From: Paraspadella gotoi
Taxonomy: Eukaryota > Animalia > Chaetognatha
Direction of reading: 5' to 3'
DNA length: 64,000 bases
NCBI GenBank assembly: GCA_051294375.1
Contig: CM119265.1
Location: 13,570,124-13,634,123 of the forward strand
The notes beneath the pieces were generated by a model, which had not been told where the DNA came from, searched no databases, and saw nothing but the letters and a program-made list of their open reading frames with translations. Of this stretch, positions 40,946-52,756 are shown piece after piece (the first letter of the stretch is position 1; every line of letters begins with the position of its first letter). The position numbers and the translations under genes are program-made.

Positions 40946-42813
40946 AGAGGAAGCGAAGAAATTCTTGGCTCTCTTGGACGACGACCATGAAAGCGAAATG
41001 AAGGAGTGGGAGTGGGGCGATAATCGTCAAATAATTAGTTGGTTCGTGGAGCAAACATTCCATGGGTTTTGTGAGAGGAGACACGTTGGAGTCTTGTTCA
41101 ACTCGTTACACGGTTTTCGTGACAGAGTAAAATGTAAATATTTCGGGTAATGACTAGAAAATATAGTAATTTCGGTTCTCTTTCTTGGTTAATATGGTAA
41201 CACAACTGCAAGAATAAAAACGTATCAACTCGAAACTTTTAAACGTTTGTTTCATATTTGTGTTCTCTTTTTACTTTTACAGTGAAGGCTGTTTTAAGTG
41301 TAACATGAACGGAAAAGCCTCATGGAGGGGACAATCGGAAGTTGACTTCGCCGTCGGGTTAAAAGTTCACGTTTATTACTCCCCTGGCGACGAAACGACT
41401 TAAGTGAGTTGCATCTAAGCAACTTAGTCTTCAAAAAAAATTTTTCCCCTCCAGACAAAAAAACATTATTCTTTGAGGAAGAATGTCTCTTGCGTCGCGT
41501 GGCGCGCCTCCTACGCTGAAGAATTCCCGCCATTTCCTTGAAGCCACTTTCTCTAGACCGCTATCGACGGATGTGTTTAAGTCTGCGCACATAATATGAC
41601 CATAATCAATCATAGCAAAAACAAATTATCCCCTCCTCTTCCTTCTATTTGGCGCTCTCTGCATAAAGATATTTTGATTACGCTCAGGTTGTTTTTCTAA
41701 AAGATTCATAAAATTCAGCTCCTTGTATTTTGACACTGGACGGAGTGCAATATAGTATTTCCCGATCTAGTACTAGTACTTATCCAATACTTCATACAAT
41801 TGAAATATTCGTTGAAACATTATTCATTGATAGGGAAGCCAGGTACACTGGGATTGAATAAACGAGACTGAGAGAGAGTCTTGATTAAAAGCTTGCAGGG
41901 ACCTGCTATGTCATTATCTTGTAGGAGTGATGGAGGCCTTAAACCATCAAAGCCTGTCCAAAGTCAGGGGCAAGAAAGCTTATTTATTAATTTTTATATT
42001 GGTTGTACCAATTTCATAACAACGGAACATAACCTTCGAGAGATAAATTGTATTGATTTCATCTTGTATCGATAATTGATGTGAAGACAACCACCATTAA
42101 TTTTTCTTCTCCGCCAAAAATCAGCGACTCCGGACCGAAAATATGGAGGCCGAGGGATCTTCTTGATTAACGCATCAAGTATGAAAGATCGTTCGGTCAG
42201 GAGAAAAGAAAGAGAGGCCAAAAGAAATGGGGAAAAACGTCCACCGAGAGACGCGAAGAGATGGAGCGAGAAAAAAAAAGAGAGAAAAAGAAAAGAAAAG
42301 AATTGAGAGGAAAAAAAAAAGAAGAAAAGAAAAGAAAAGGTTTTGAGAGTTGAACGAACTCACACGCAGGGGGCTCGCCTTTTCTCCAAGCGAACCAAAT
42401 AAAAGCGGTGAAAGGTATTTGAGTAGGTCACCGAAAGTGTAAATTGAGTAAGGGTTCACGAACCGATGTTACTTTCGCAACGACGGAACTACGAATCATG
42501 GAAATAATCACGAATTTTGTCAACTCAGTTCGAGAGGCGAAACAGCTGGCGGCGAAATGTAGCCGCGCGAGGGTAGGAAATCGAAAACGGATCTGAAAAC
42601 AATTGGAAAACTAAAAGGAAATCATAGGGAAAAGAAAAAAGAAGAAAGAAAAATAAATAAGCTTCAAAAAAATCAAAATAGAGAGAGAAAAAATGTGGGG
42701 AATTTTTGTGAAACGCGCAGATGTAGAAAGAGGTTTCATGTATAAAGCTTTTATTTCCATTTGGAAAGAATTCTCATGTTTTTTCCGTTTGGAAGGTAAA
42801 ATTAAAAGTAAAT

Positions 42814-42874
<61 letters not shown>

Positions 42875-45027
42875 ACCAGGGTGTTAAAAAGAGAAGGAAT
42901 GCGTGGGACCTCCGATGCCTATTTCCTCACACTTTTTTTATAGATATGGGAAAATCAAGCGTATGAATGTATATGAATGTATATTCTACCACATGAACAA
43001 GAATTTTTCCAGCATAAAAGTTTTGTCGAGCCGCACTCTCTCTCTCACTGGAGATTTCCAAAAGTGTAAACGCCTCTTAACCGCTTTTTCATTGGATCTC
43101 CATCTCCAATAACGCACGATGTATACAATGAAACCTTTTTTTTATTTCCTCTTATTTCATCATGATTTTTTCGTCTTTCTTCATCTTTACGATTCACCTC
43201 TGCCGCGCCCTACAATGTCGATCGCTTTCAGTGGTGCTATTGGAGCTCAAATGTGGTGAGCTGGTTTCATCATCAACGATGCAACGCGTCACGTGACGAG
43301 AGTGAAGTCGTCCCTCGCGCCGCCGCCGCCGCCACCGCCGCCGCCGCCGCCACCGCAGCCTCTTCGAGGTTGTGTCTTGCCTGAATGAGAATTGACGCTT
43401 GCGGAGAAAGATGCGAAAGAAGAAAAAAAAACAAAGGCGAAAAAAAAACGAAAGAAAAGGGATAAAAAAGAAAAAAGACAGAAAATCCGTGCGTTTTTTT
43501 TTTTTTTTTTATTGATAGCCTTTGTTTTCCCCGCGTAATGGGTGTCGTAATTTTAGTTAGTCGTCGCTTTTGCCCTCTTCGTCTTCTCTCTTCGTCCTCA
43601 CTGTAGCAGCTGTAAGTTATCGCCATGGATCTAAAATCTGTTCTTATTGTGGCCATTTCTACTTTTTTTATTTCAGCTTTTGGCATTTTATTTCTTTAAG
43701 CATTACTTATGTATATAGGTACGGTTGGTGGGGGTTTTCCCTTCCCAGCCTCCATTATTCATTCCATTTTTTTTTAATGACGCTGTGAACGTATATTTTT
43801 TTTTTAAATTTCTTTTTATTCTCCATTCTTTTCCTTTTTGTATTTCGTTTAATCTTTTTCTTTCGTACTTTCGTTTATTTTCACTCTGTTTTCTCCTCTC
43901 TCTTTCCCCCCCCGTTTCTCCCTTCATTTCCGTCGAAACGCACGCCACTCTACTTAATTCTCCCTCTTACTAATTAATCCCTTGATTTTAATTTCCCGAC
44001 TGAAATTCGTCGAAAATTGTCGCTGGAAAATCCGCGATAGCGTAGCCCTTCTAATTCCCCNNNNNNNNNNGTGCGTTTAGTTTCTAAAGCTCTTTATGCC
44101 TCACGCTGGCATATGGTCTATTGCAGAGCGCGAAAAGCACAGAGTCAAGGAGAGTGTCATAAAGAAAAAAGGGGAAGTAGGGTAGTAAGTGGTTCAGAGA
44201 GTGAGTGAGTGAGTGAGTGAGTGAGTGAGTGAGTGAGTGAGTAAGATTGTGAAAGAGAAGGGAGAAGAGAGAGAGGGGGGAGAGAAAGTGTGCGTATAAT
44301 AGGGATAGTAATATTGATAGAAAGAGGGAAAATAAGCCAAAGATTAAGTGAGTGTAAGAAGGAGTTTAAACGAGCATGAGCGAGAGGGAAAGAGAATGTT
44401 ATCCGCCACAGAAAAAGGGAAAGAAATGCGTAAGTAATAATCATGAGGGAGACGAAGGGTAAAACAAAAAGAGCAGCCAATGAATCAATACAATCAATGA
44501 CGAGCTAAACATTTATATTTGTTTATTTTTATGTTGCTGATAATTATTACTCAGGTTTCTTTCGTTTCGAAATCTCATTTCTTCGATTTCCAAGTTTTTG
44601 TAACTGGGACTTCTGTACGTCTCTACTTTGGTCGCAGAGTGGAATGCACATACGATCGAGCAAACGATCAATAAAGGTTAAAAACCTGATCTCGGCCGAA
44701 TGATGTTTCCAAATCGCCCCTTCTATTCCTGGCGTGATCATGAAATGAATCATAGATTAGTCGAGAAGCCAAAGAATAAAAAATTGAGAGTTTTTGTCGT
44801 CGTCGTTGGACGTCATCGACCATCAATTCTTAACGGATGGAAAAAGCTGCCAAGGCTAAAAAACTATTATTTTTTTGAGTAATTTATTGATCCTTTCCTC
44901 TATTATCAGTGAGTAAAAGACAAAAAGAGAGAGGGAGACCTTCTTTCGCCATTAGAAGCAGAGGCAGAGGTTAAATGGATGTCATACAAAACGTCTTCAT
45001 TCAAGAACTTTGGCAGCAAAAAAACAC

Positions 45028-45083
<56 letters not shown>

Positions 45084-45918
45084 TTTCCTCTTTCCTCCCT
45101 CTTGCACTGATAAAGAGATGCCATTTGCTTTTTTTTTCAGTGTAATGATCATCTGCTTAGGATCTTAGATAAACGCGCCAAGAATTTAAAATGCTCGTCG
45201 GATGCTGGAAGAAACAAAAACTGCTCGAAGATTAGGGTGTGTCGATGTCAATGATGTGGGACATCGGTTACGCACGTACACACGTCTACAAGCTTCTAAT
45301 TAGAATTAAATTTGTTAATATTTTGAAAAATGTCTGATAGTAGTACATAGTATATAAAATGTTTTTATCAATATTTTGCCCATATTTTTTTGGATTGTTT
45401 TTCTGTTTTAAAATTTTTCTCAAAATCATAACTTGTCAATAATTTTAGCTTATAAAATTGGTACCACGCATAAAATTAAATAAGCGTCTTGCCCTCCACT
45501 TTGGATAGGCTATTTTGGGTTAAGGCATCCCACCTTCTTAAAAAATAAAATTTAATGGTAGATTGCGGAGTTTTTTGAGAAGGGAGTTTTGGTTGGAGGG
45601 ATTCTGGGTAAGATGAATGAAGAGGGGCGGGTAAATTGGGGTAATTTAGTAAAAAGGGCAAGGTTAGTTATTGGAATTTATTCTAGTAATTTGGTATGTA
45701 TTGAGTATTGGGTATTGTAAAGTGAGGATTAAGGATTAAGATTTAAAAATTCATAAAGGATTAAGAATTAAGGTTTTAAAAATTCATAAACTTAGTATAT
45801 AACAATGGTGTGATAATGTAATAATAATAAAAATTGTGACATTAGTAATTATAGTTACTATTGTAATAATAATAGTAATAACAATAATATTAATGATGAT
45901 ATATATATATATATATTA

Positions 45919-45955
<37 letters not shown>

Positions 45956-46310
45956 AATAATAATAGTGATAACAATAATATTAATAATAATATTAAGTTT
46001 TATAATAATATCATAGTAATAATATTGATAAAAATAATAATAGTTATAATGATAAAAATAATAATATGTGTCATTAATTGATAAGAACAATAATAATTAG
46101 GAATGAGGGTAATTTCCAGTAATAGTAATTCCAATCATAGTAAATAATAATAATAATAATAATAATGTAAAAATAATAATAGTAATAATGATAAAAATAA
46201 TAATAGTATCATTAACGATAAGAATAATAATAATTAGGAATAAGGGTAATTCCAAATAATTTTAATCTGGTATTTATGCCTTTCTATTTATGATCAGTTA
46301 AAAAAAAAAA

Positions 46311-46455
46311 TTGACAAGTTTCTGTCTATGACTTAAAAAAAAAAGAGGCAATGGCCTAGTATAAATGTTAGGTACCATAATGATAGTATTTACTTTTTTT
46401 TTCATTTGCCAAGTTTCTGTCTATGACTAAAAAAAAAAATGGCAAATGGCCTAGT
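46311..46455. repeat. ~50-bp direct repeat, two copies
   Basis: caagtttctgtctatgact(A)n..ggca(a)atggcctagt at 46311-46360 and 46407-46455. Confidence 0.85.
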
Positions 46456-46879
46456 GTATTGATAATATTCACTCATGATTTTCATTGATATATTTAATAC
46501 TTTTCCAATTTGCAATGTCTGCAATGATCCTTAATTGTTTGAATTTTATTTTTAGTGCCATTAGTGCAATTTTTCTTGCTCAATACTCATCGTTTAATCG
46601 TTTAATCTTCTTATTGTCTTAATTGTCAAATTGTTTTTTTATTTCAGAAAAAAAAAAAATAAAAAATTCTTAAAAGCCTCCAATCAAAACTCTCTCACAG
46701 TCTAGTTTATAACTCCCAGAGAACTTGGTTTCACTCTCAATGAATTTTTTATAATATTTCTATAAACTGTCTCAATTTAGGAAGTTTCATCAGTGTGAAA
46801 ATCTCTTTTTATCGGTATGAAATAAATAAATAAACCAGAGAAAATTTTAAATAATACTGATAGAAAAAAAATTACTAAT

Positions 46880-47172
46880 AGATGAGTGATGAGGAAAGAA
46901 AGAAAGAGGGAAAGAAAGCAAAAGCATTGCTTCACCGTCTCTCAGAGTGAAGGCACATTAAACTCGTTCAACCCACACAAAGAACGACTCAATTCTGCCG
47001 AACTGAAGTGTAATCACTAATGGAGAATCTATAAAAGAGTTAGAAAGAAAGCAGGAAAGAAAAAAAGATAAAAAGAAAGAGAGCACGCATTGCTTTACGG
47101 TCTCCCTGAATGAAAGCACGTTAAACTCGTTCAGCACACAAAAGAAGGCTCTATTCTACCAAACTGGAGTTC
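46880..47172. repeat. Diverged ~165-bp tandem duplication
   Basis: gcattgcttcaccgtctc..ttaaactcgttca..attctgccgaactgaagt (46924-47009) recurs as gcattgctttacggtctc..ttaaactcgttca..attctaccaaactggagt (47088-47170). Confidence 0.8.
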
Positions 47173-47959
47173 TGAGGAATATTCAGAGAAGAAAAAAAAA
47201 GGAAAAAAGAAAGAAAGAAAGAAAGAAAGAAAGAAAAAAAGAAAAAAAGAAAGAAAGAAAGAAAGAAAGAAAAAAGAAAAAAGAAAAAAGAAAAAAGAAA
47301 AAAGAAAAAAGAAAAAAGAAAAAAGAAAAAAAGAAAAGAAAGAAATAGCGTTAGAGTGAAAGAAAGAAAGGAATAAGAATAAGAATGAATCGAAAATGGA
47401 AAGTTACCAAATAATAAAAAAAAATTTCTTCCCGAGTTTTATTTTCCTCAAATTCACCAGTAAAACGGATTTAAACGTTCTAAAATTTTCCCTTGTTTGA
47501 ATTTCTTTCTTTAAGCGTATTGTCGGCAAAAAAAATAGTGAATTGTTTAAAATTTGAGGTAACAAACAAACTTGTTTTTGTTTGCAAGCCCCAGCTGGGG
47601 TCTTGTAATCATCTTTCTCTTGGCCGCCTCCTCCTCCTCCTCCTCCTCCTTATCTATTGGAAGGAAACTCACTTTGCCACAGCTTGGATTGACTCTTACT
47701 CTTATGTATTAAACATTACGTGGTACGTTTTTTTTTCTAAATTCCAACACATTCTTTAATGTTTAAGGAATGACAATTCTTTTCTTAAAATGCGAAAAAA
47801 AGTAATAAAAAAAATTAAGGATGCTTTTTTTTTTGATAATCCGCATGCGAAGCGAGTTAAATATTGCAACAAAAAAATATTACTTTTGGAAGCAATTTAG
47901 TTATTACCATGAAAAAAAGAAAATCTTCGTTCAGGAATTGGGATTTTTTTTTCCTCTTT

Positions 47960-48370
47960 TTCGTAGACAGCGTCCGTGTTCCGTCTCGCGGGCAGCGTGG
48001 GGAGAGCGCGCGGGCGACGTGCACCAGCGGCGCGCATTGGCGTGGGCGTGGTACTTCCGGTCTTGAATCCACGAGCGCGAGATTTTTTCAAGTGAGAGAA
48101 GAGAGACGAGAGAGACGCAAACGCGATTTCGACGAGATGGCGTCCGCGGAGAGGAGAGAGAGAGAGAGAGAGGGAAATCGTCCAAGTCGCGTGCGGGGGA
48201 CTCGTCGCGTGAGCAAGCCCGCTATAGGACGCACCGGGGTTGGGGAAAGGATAAGGAGGAGGACGATGACGGCTTCTCGTCTTCTCGTTGCCGCTTTAAC
48301 ATCGTCACCGTCCTGTCCTATCAACCTTTTTCCTTTGTTGATTGGGGTATCCGCTAGAGCAGCCGCTACT
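47960..48370. promoter_or_regulatory. GC/CpG-rich promoter-like island
   Basis: ETS motif ACTTCCGG (48053-48060), reverse CCAAT boxes (48036 and 48341) and YY1-like AGATGGCG (48135-48142), within AT-rich surroundings. Confidence 0.45.
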
Positions 48371-49289
48371 TAGCTGGACTAAAATTATGAAAAAATACTT
48401 AAAAATAAATAAATAAATACTTAAAAATTATGAAAAATACTTTTCACCGAAAGTAAAGAAGAGAACGTTGTACGACCGTATCGATAAATATGAGTCAGAC
48501 GTGTCCTTAGCTTTTACTTACCACCGTCCCATCGATTACATATAAAGCCAAGCTGGGCTTCTGGTTGCGTGGTTAAGTGGTGGATTACAATGGGCATAAG
48601 GGGACTTTTTTATAAACTTACATTCGTCATTATCAACATCGGCGTAATTGCTTTTTTTTTTCTTCATCCCTATCACCTTTATTACCAAAGTATATTTTTC
48701 TTTTATAGAATTTTATATAATTTGAGTGGTGTGGCGGTATATTCACAACGCCTCACATCCACCATCCTTCAGCCAATACCATTGGCTCAGCGGGGGAACG
48801 CACCATCCTAGGCTTTGTATTCCATCCCCAGTCCTAACGACTTCCCTCTGCGTTGGCAAAGTGAGTCCGTCCTAGGGTAACCGCACCAGTGTCTGGAGGC
48901 GTCACTTAGGGTCGGAAGACCCAAAAGCCAACAGAGAGATGCCCCATCCCAATGGGCATCGAAGGCAACCAAGCTGCGAGAGAGAGAGAAGTAACATATT
49001 CTTTAATAAATCAAAAAACAATAAAAGAAAGTATCAATTGATCAATCAGCCAATCTACAGAGAAAAAGAATCCCAATAAAGGTAACCAGAATTTCTTCCA
49101 TTTAAATTAATGCTCATGGATTTAGAATTATTTAGTGGTAAATTATTTTTGGATAGGCCGATAGCTTTTCTTAATTTGTAAAATAAAAACGATATCATAG
49201 CTGAGATCGGTTAAACGTATTCGAAACTTGTATTTGAGTGGAAGCATGTACTTTTGGCCTAATAAACAGTCTGATGCATCTGTATGTAT

Positions 49290-49700
49290 GAGGCGCTAAC
49301 TGGGCTGAAGACCGCTTCCCTCCCTCTGCAGTCTAGTAGTCTACACAGAACTCAGAAGATACGGATAGTAATCTTCACCATGTCCAAGGGCCTGGATTCA
49401 GGTTGGTATACGCTCGACAGGATGGGCTAACCACTCACTAGTGTGGAGAATGCGCTAAGTGGGCGGAAGATTACTATCCATATCTTAAGCAATGGAACGG
49501 GTCCTAGACGGGTCTAGAGTTTTCCAGGCCCTCAAGGCGGTTTACGGTCGTCCTCAGGCTTCACGCAGGTGAGGTACCATTGGGGATCGATGCCGTTACC
49601 TAATGGTCATGAGCGATGGTATTACTCAATGAGCTACCGGGTCACGATTGAAGGAGTCATGCTTATAGGCGGGGTGAACCTTTCCAAGTTCAACTACTAG
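49290..49700 (-). mobile_element. tRNA-derived SINE-like repeat, family copy 2 (49450-49700), with a partial duplicate of its 3' end at ~49290-49330
   Basis: Homologous to 29140-29402. Minus-strand A-box-like TAGCTCATTGAG (~49636) and a degenerate B-box (~49581-49593). Confidence 0.65.
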
Positions 49701-50225
49701 TCTAATAAGCCAAAAGAACAACCGCAACATTCCCACATATTCAAAATTTTCAAATTATTTTTTAAATATGACTTCATGATATAATTAATGATTTTCTTAC
49801 AGAAATGATATGTGATATCTATTTAGAAAACTAGTAGAGCAGGAAATAATGTAACCTTGTGTTGCATAGATGCTCCCTCCATTTCCAGAAGATAACCCTA
49901 ACAACCCCCTCCCAATAATTATATAATATTTTCAGATTTATGTAGATTATCAAACACCAAAATTAGTAAAAAAAAAATAATAATAATAAAATATATAGTT
50001 TGTAATAAAACCTTTAGTTGGCTTTTTTTATATTCGCCGACATATAGAAATCTCATTACGCAAAAATAAATAATACTGGTAAGGGTAGAAAATCTTTATA
50101 TCATAAATTTCATTTCGAAACCTCCCCTAACCCTAACTACCCCTAATCCCTAACTACCCCTAACCCCATTGCTTACCGTTTAAAAAATATAAAAAATTAT
50201 TTATTTTCCTTTCATTTTGGCTATT

Positions 50226-50504
50226 TGTTTAAGGTAGAAAATGAATTGTTTATGTACAACGAGTTTTATTATGAACTATAAATTTCGGACATAATCCGGC
50301 TTCAATGTAAGACTTCATAAACGCAAAAACGAATTGATTTGTAAAACAAATATTTTCACGAAAGTTTGAATAGAGAGTCGGTAAAAATATTTGTTTCACA
50401 ACTCAATTCGTTTTTGCGCTGATGAAGGCTTACATTGAAGTCCGAAATTTATGTTTCTTAAAAACTCGTTGTACATCAACAAAATTTATTTTCTACCTCA
50501 AACA
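50226..50504. mobile_element. Palindromic element, probably an inverted pair of Penelope-like pseudo-LTRs with a hammerhead-like core
   Basis: ~130-bp arms at 50226-50357 and 50383-50504 are reverse complements. The right arm contains CTGATGA-aggcttacattgaagtcc-GAAA (50419-50447). The left arm shows AATAAA just downstream of the equivalent core. Confidence 0.6.
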
Positions 50505-51358
50505 TAAAAATATCAATTAAAATAAATTTAAAACTATTATTATTTATTATAAAATTTAAAAAATTGTATATTACTGTGCAAACTAAGACTCGACGCTAGA
50601 GGGAAAACAAAATTAAATGGATCAACAAAGCACCGACCGCTGGTACCTAAAGTTGGTTGCGGACGTCGAATAGTAAAGTTACCCTTTTAATTAATATAAA
50701 TAAAATCTAAAACTTAATTTTGCAATTCCAAAACTACAGGGAAATTTTCACATGAGTGTACATATTTCACATAAATGTAGCTAAAACCAAGGGTATTTTT
50801 GACTTTTTTAACTTCTACTAGAAGAAAAACGAAATAATCAAGAGTAATTTTTTTAATAAACAAACAATAAAAAGGTATACAATATTGAGACAGACATAAC
50901 CCATGAGCATCATAGAAGTTAACAATTCATTCTTTCTCAACACAGATTTTAAACTAGAGTGATCTGGAAAAGAATCCTTAAATCAAAAGCTACAATTGAT
51001 TGACAAGTTATAGTGATCGAATACTTTTGAGGACTTATATTAGCATTGGTAAACATGGCGCCGCGAAACTCAAAAGAAATGCTTCTCTTTACTTTGCCTC
51101 TATTTCTTAATTTTAACACGAAAACATAACTTAATTAGAAATATATAGTGACGATACAATAGCGAATTTTTTGAAAATAGAACTACGCAAGCTAAGCTGA
51201 ATCTTAATGGTCCAAGTTTTTTCTCGGGTGAAATTTAAAAAAAAATATCATGCGTAGCTTTTCATAAAAATTTCATAACGCTACGGAAAATAATTCTTTT
51301 CACATCACCCCAGTTCAAAACCCGCGTAAAAATATATTCAATTCCTAAACCGTTCCAC

Positions 51359-52756
51359 TCAGTGTCTCCTGACTGGACCGCGCCTGGTAACGATTGCGCA
51401 TCGCTGAGATCTAATCCCGTTCTTCTTGGCCGCATTCTTAGGCGTCGAGCCGGGCGAGCCGGCCGAGGCGAGTCGAGTCCTCCGCAAAAGGATCGACGCA
51501 GCGGAAGGTTTTTGCTTAATCGCTTCCCTCGTCGGTCGTTTCATCTTTTGTCTTCCCGCTTCGAGGCTACAACGGGCGGAATCGTTCGAGGTATTCGATC
51601 TCGTCTTGGCGACAACGCCGGAGCTCTCTTCGAAATCCTCATCCCCGTTTCTCCGTTTTCTGACGGCGTTCTTGACTGGTTTAGCGGCGAAGGAAGAACC
51701 GGTTTTTCTTCTCTGTAAATCGCCGACGTCTTTGCGCTCTTTCGTTTTCGTCGACTCGGTCGTAGCCTCGGAAGAGTTTCTCGCGGTGCCGTGGGAATCC
51801 TTGATTCGATCGGCGCCCAACCGACGGGAGCCGGCCCCGTCTTTGGGCGCCGTCGCCTGTTCGAGTGAAGAGTCGCGAGATCTCTCCTTCGAAGATTTCG
51901 TCCGGGTCGTCGAGAATTTTGCGTCGGCCCAAAAGAAGCGCTTGGAGAGTTCACGTCGGTCGAAGGAATCGACGGAATCGTCGGGCCCGGTCGTTAGATC
52001 GAAAACGCCCACGCTCATCTCGTCGATGCCGAGGATCCGTTTCATTTCCTCGTCCAGAACCAGCAGGGCAACCTTTGTAAGGATCCCGCGAGTTCTATAA
52101 CCGGCCGACGCCGCCGGAGACGCGGTCACGTTGGGCGTCAATCTTGACATTGCCAGTCGTTGCCATCCGCCGATGAGTTGATTCCCGGGTTCAGGGAGAG
52201 AAGAACTCGAGTCTGTATTGTTAACAGTGTCGCGGACTGTGGCGGGGAAGCCAATCTTCTCGAGAGTCTCCGCGATCGATTTCGTTGTATTAAACTGAGA
52301 CTCCTCCAAAACAGATTCAACCTGCGGGTGAAAATGTAATATTATAAATATAACAAGAGTTAGAGACTCCATCAATAATACGCCCAATATCGCAATATCG
52401 ATCTCTTTATCAATAAAACGTATTCTTGCCTGTTGCTTGGAAACCCAGGCGATTTTGAGAGATCCGGAGAAGAGTCTGGCTCGAATTTCCAGGTTCAATC
52501 GATTGGACGAACGATTCAAGTCCGATACCATCGTGGGTTCGGGCGCCAAGCAGGCTCCACCCTCGGGCGGCCTTAAATCGTCACCATTCAAAGTTGACGT
52601 GGGGACAGAGTTTTGTTTTAAGGCGAGGTCCGACTTGTCAGTTTCCGAATTAACGGCGCAGATTTCGCGAATTTCTTCATCGTGAAGACTAAGACGCTCC
52701 GCCAGTTCCTTGAGAGAAACGTACTGACAAAAGCCATGCTCTCGAGTGAAATGACC
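51359..52756 (-). CDS. BCOR: Last two BCOR-like exons (52756-52430 and 52321-51359): split PUFD-like domain and basic C-terminal tail
   Basis: Part of the 499-aa ORF. Acceptor TTACAG at 52757. PUFD-like segments '[13 protein letters not shown]' and '[16 protein letters not shown]'. Stop TGA at 51359-51361. Confidence 0.75.
   Translation of the reverse strand, partial: GHFTREHGFCQYVSLKELAERLSLHDEEIREICAVNSETDKSDLALKQNSVPTSTLNGDDLRPPEGGACLAPEPTMVSDLNRSSNRLNLEIRARLFSGSLKIAWVSKQQARIRFIDKEIDIAILGVLLMESLTLVIFIILHFHPQVESVLEESQFNTTKSIAETLEKIGFPATVRDTVNNTDSSSSLPEPGNQLIGGWQRLAMSRLTPNVTASPAASAGYRTRGILTKVALLVLDEEMKRILGIDEMSVGVFDLTTGPDDSVDSFDRRELSKRFFWADAKFSTTRTKSSKERSRDSSLEQATAPKDGAGSRRLGADRIKDSHGTARNSSEATTESTKTKERKDVGDLQRRKTGSSFAAKPVKNAVRKRRNGDEDFEESSGVVAKTRSNTSNDSARCSLEAGRQKMKRPTREAIKQKPSAASILLRRTRLASAGSPGSTPKNAAKKNGIRSQRCAIVTRRGPVRRH

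Noticed and set aside
51362-52100. Plus-strand ORFs of 118 and 224 aa
   Set aside because: Antisense shadows of the GC-rich last BCOR exon.
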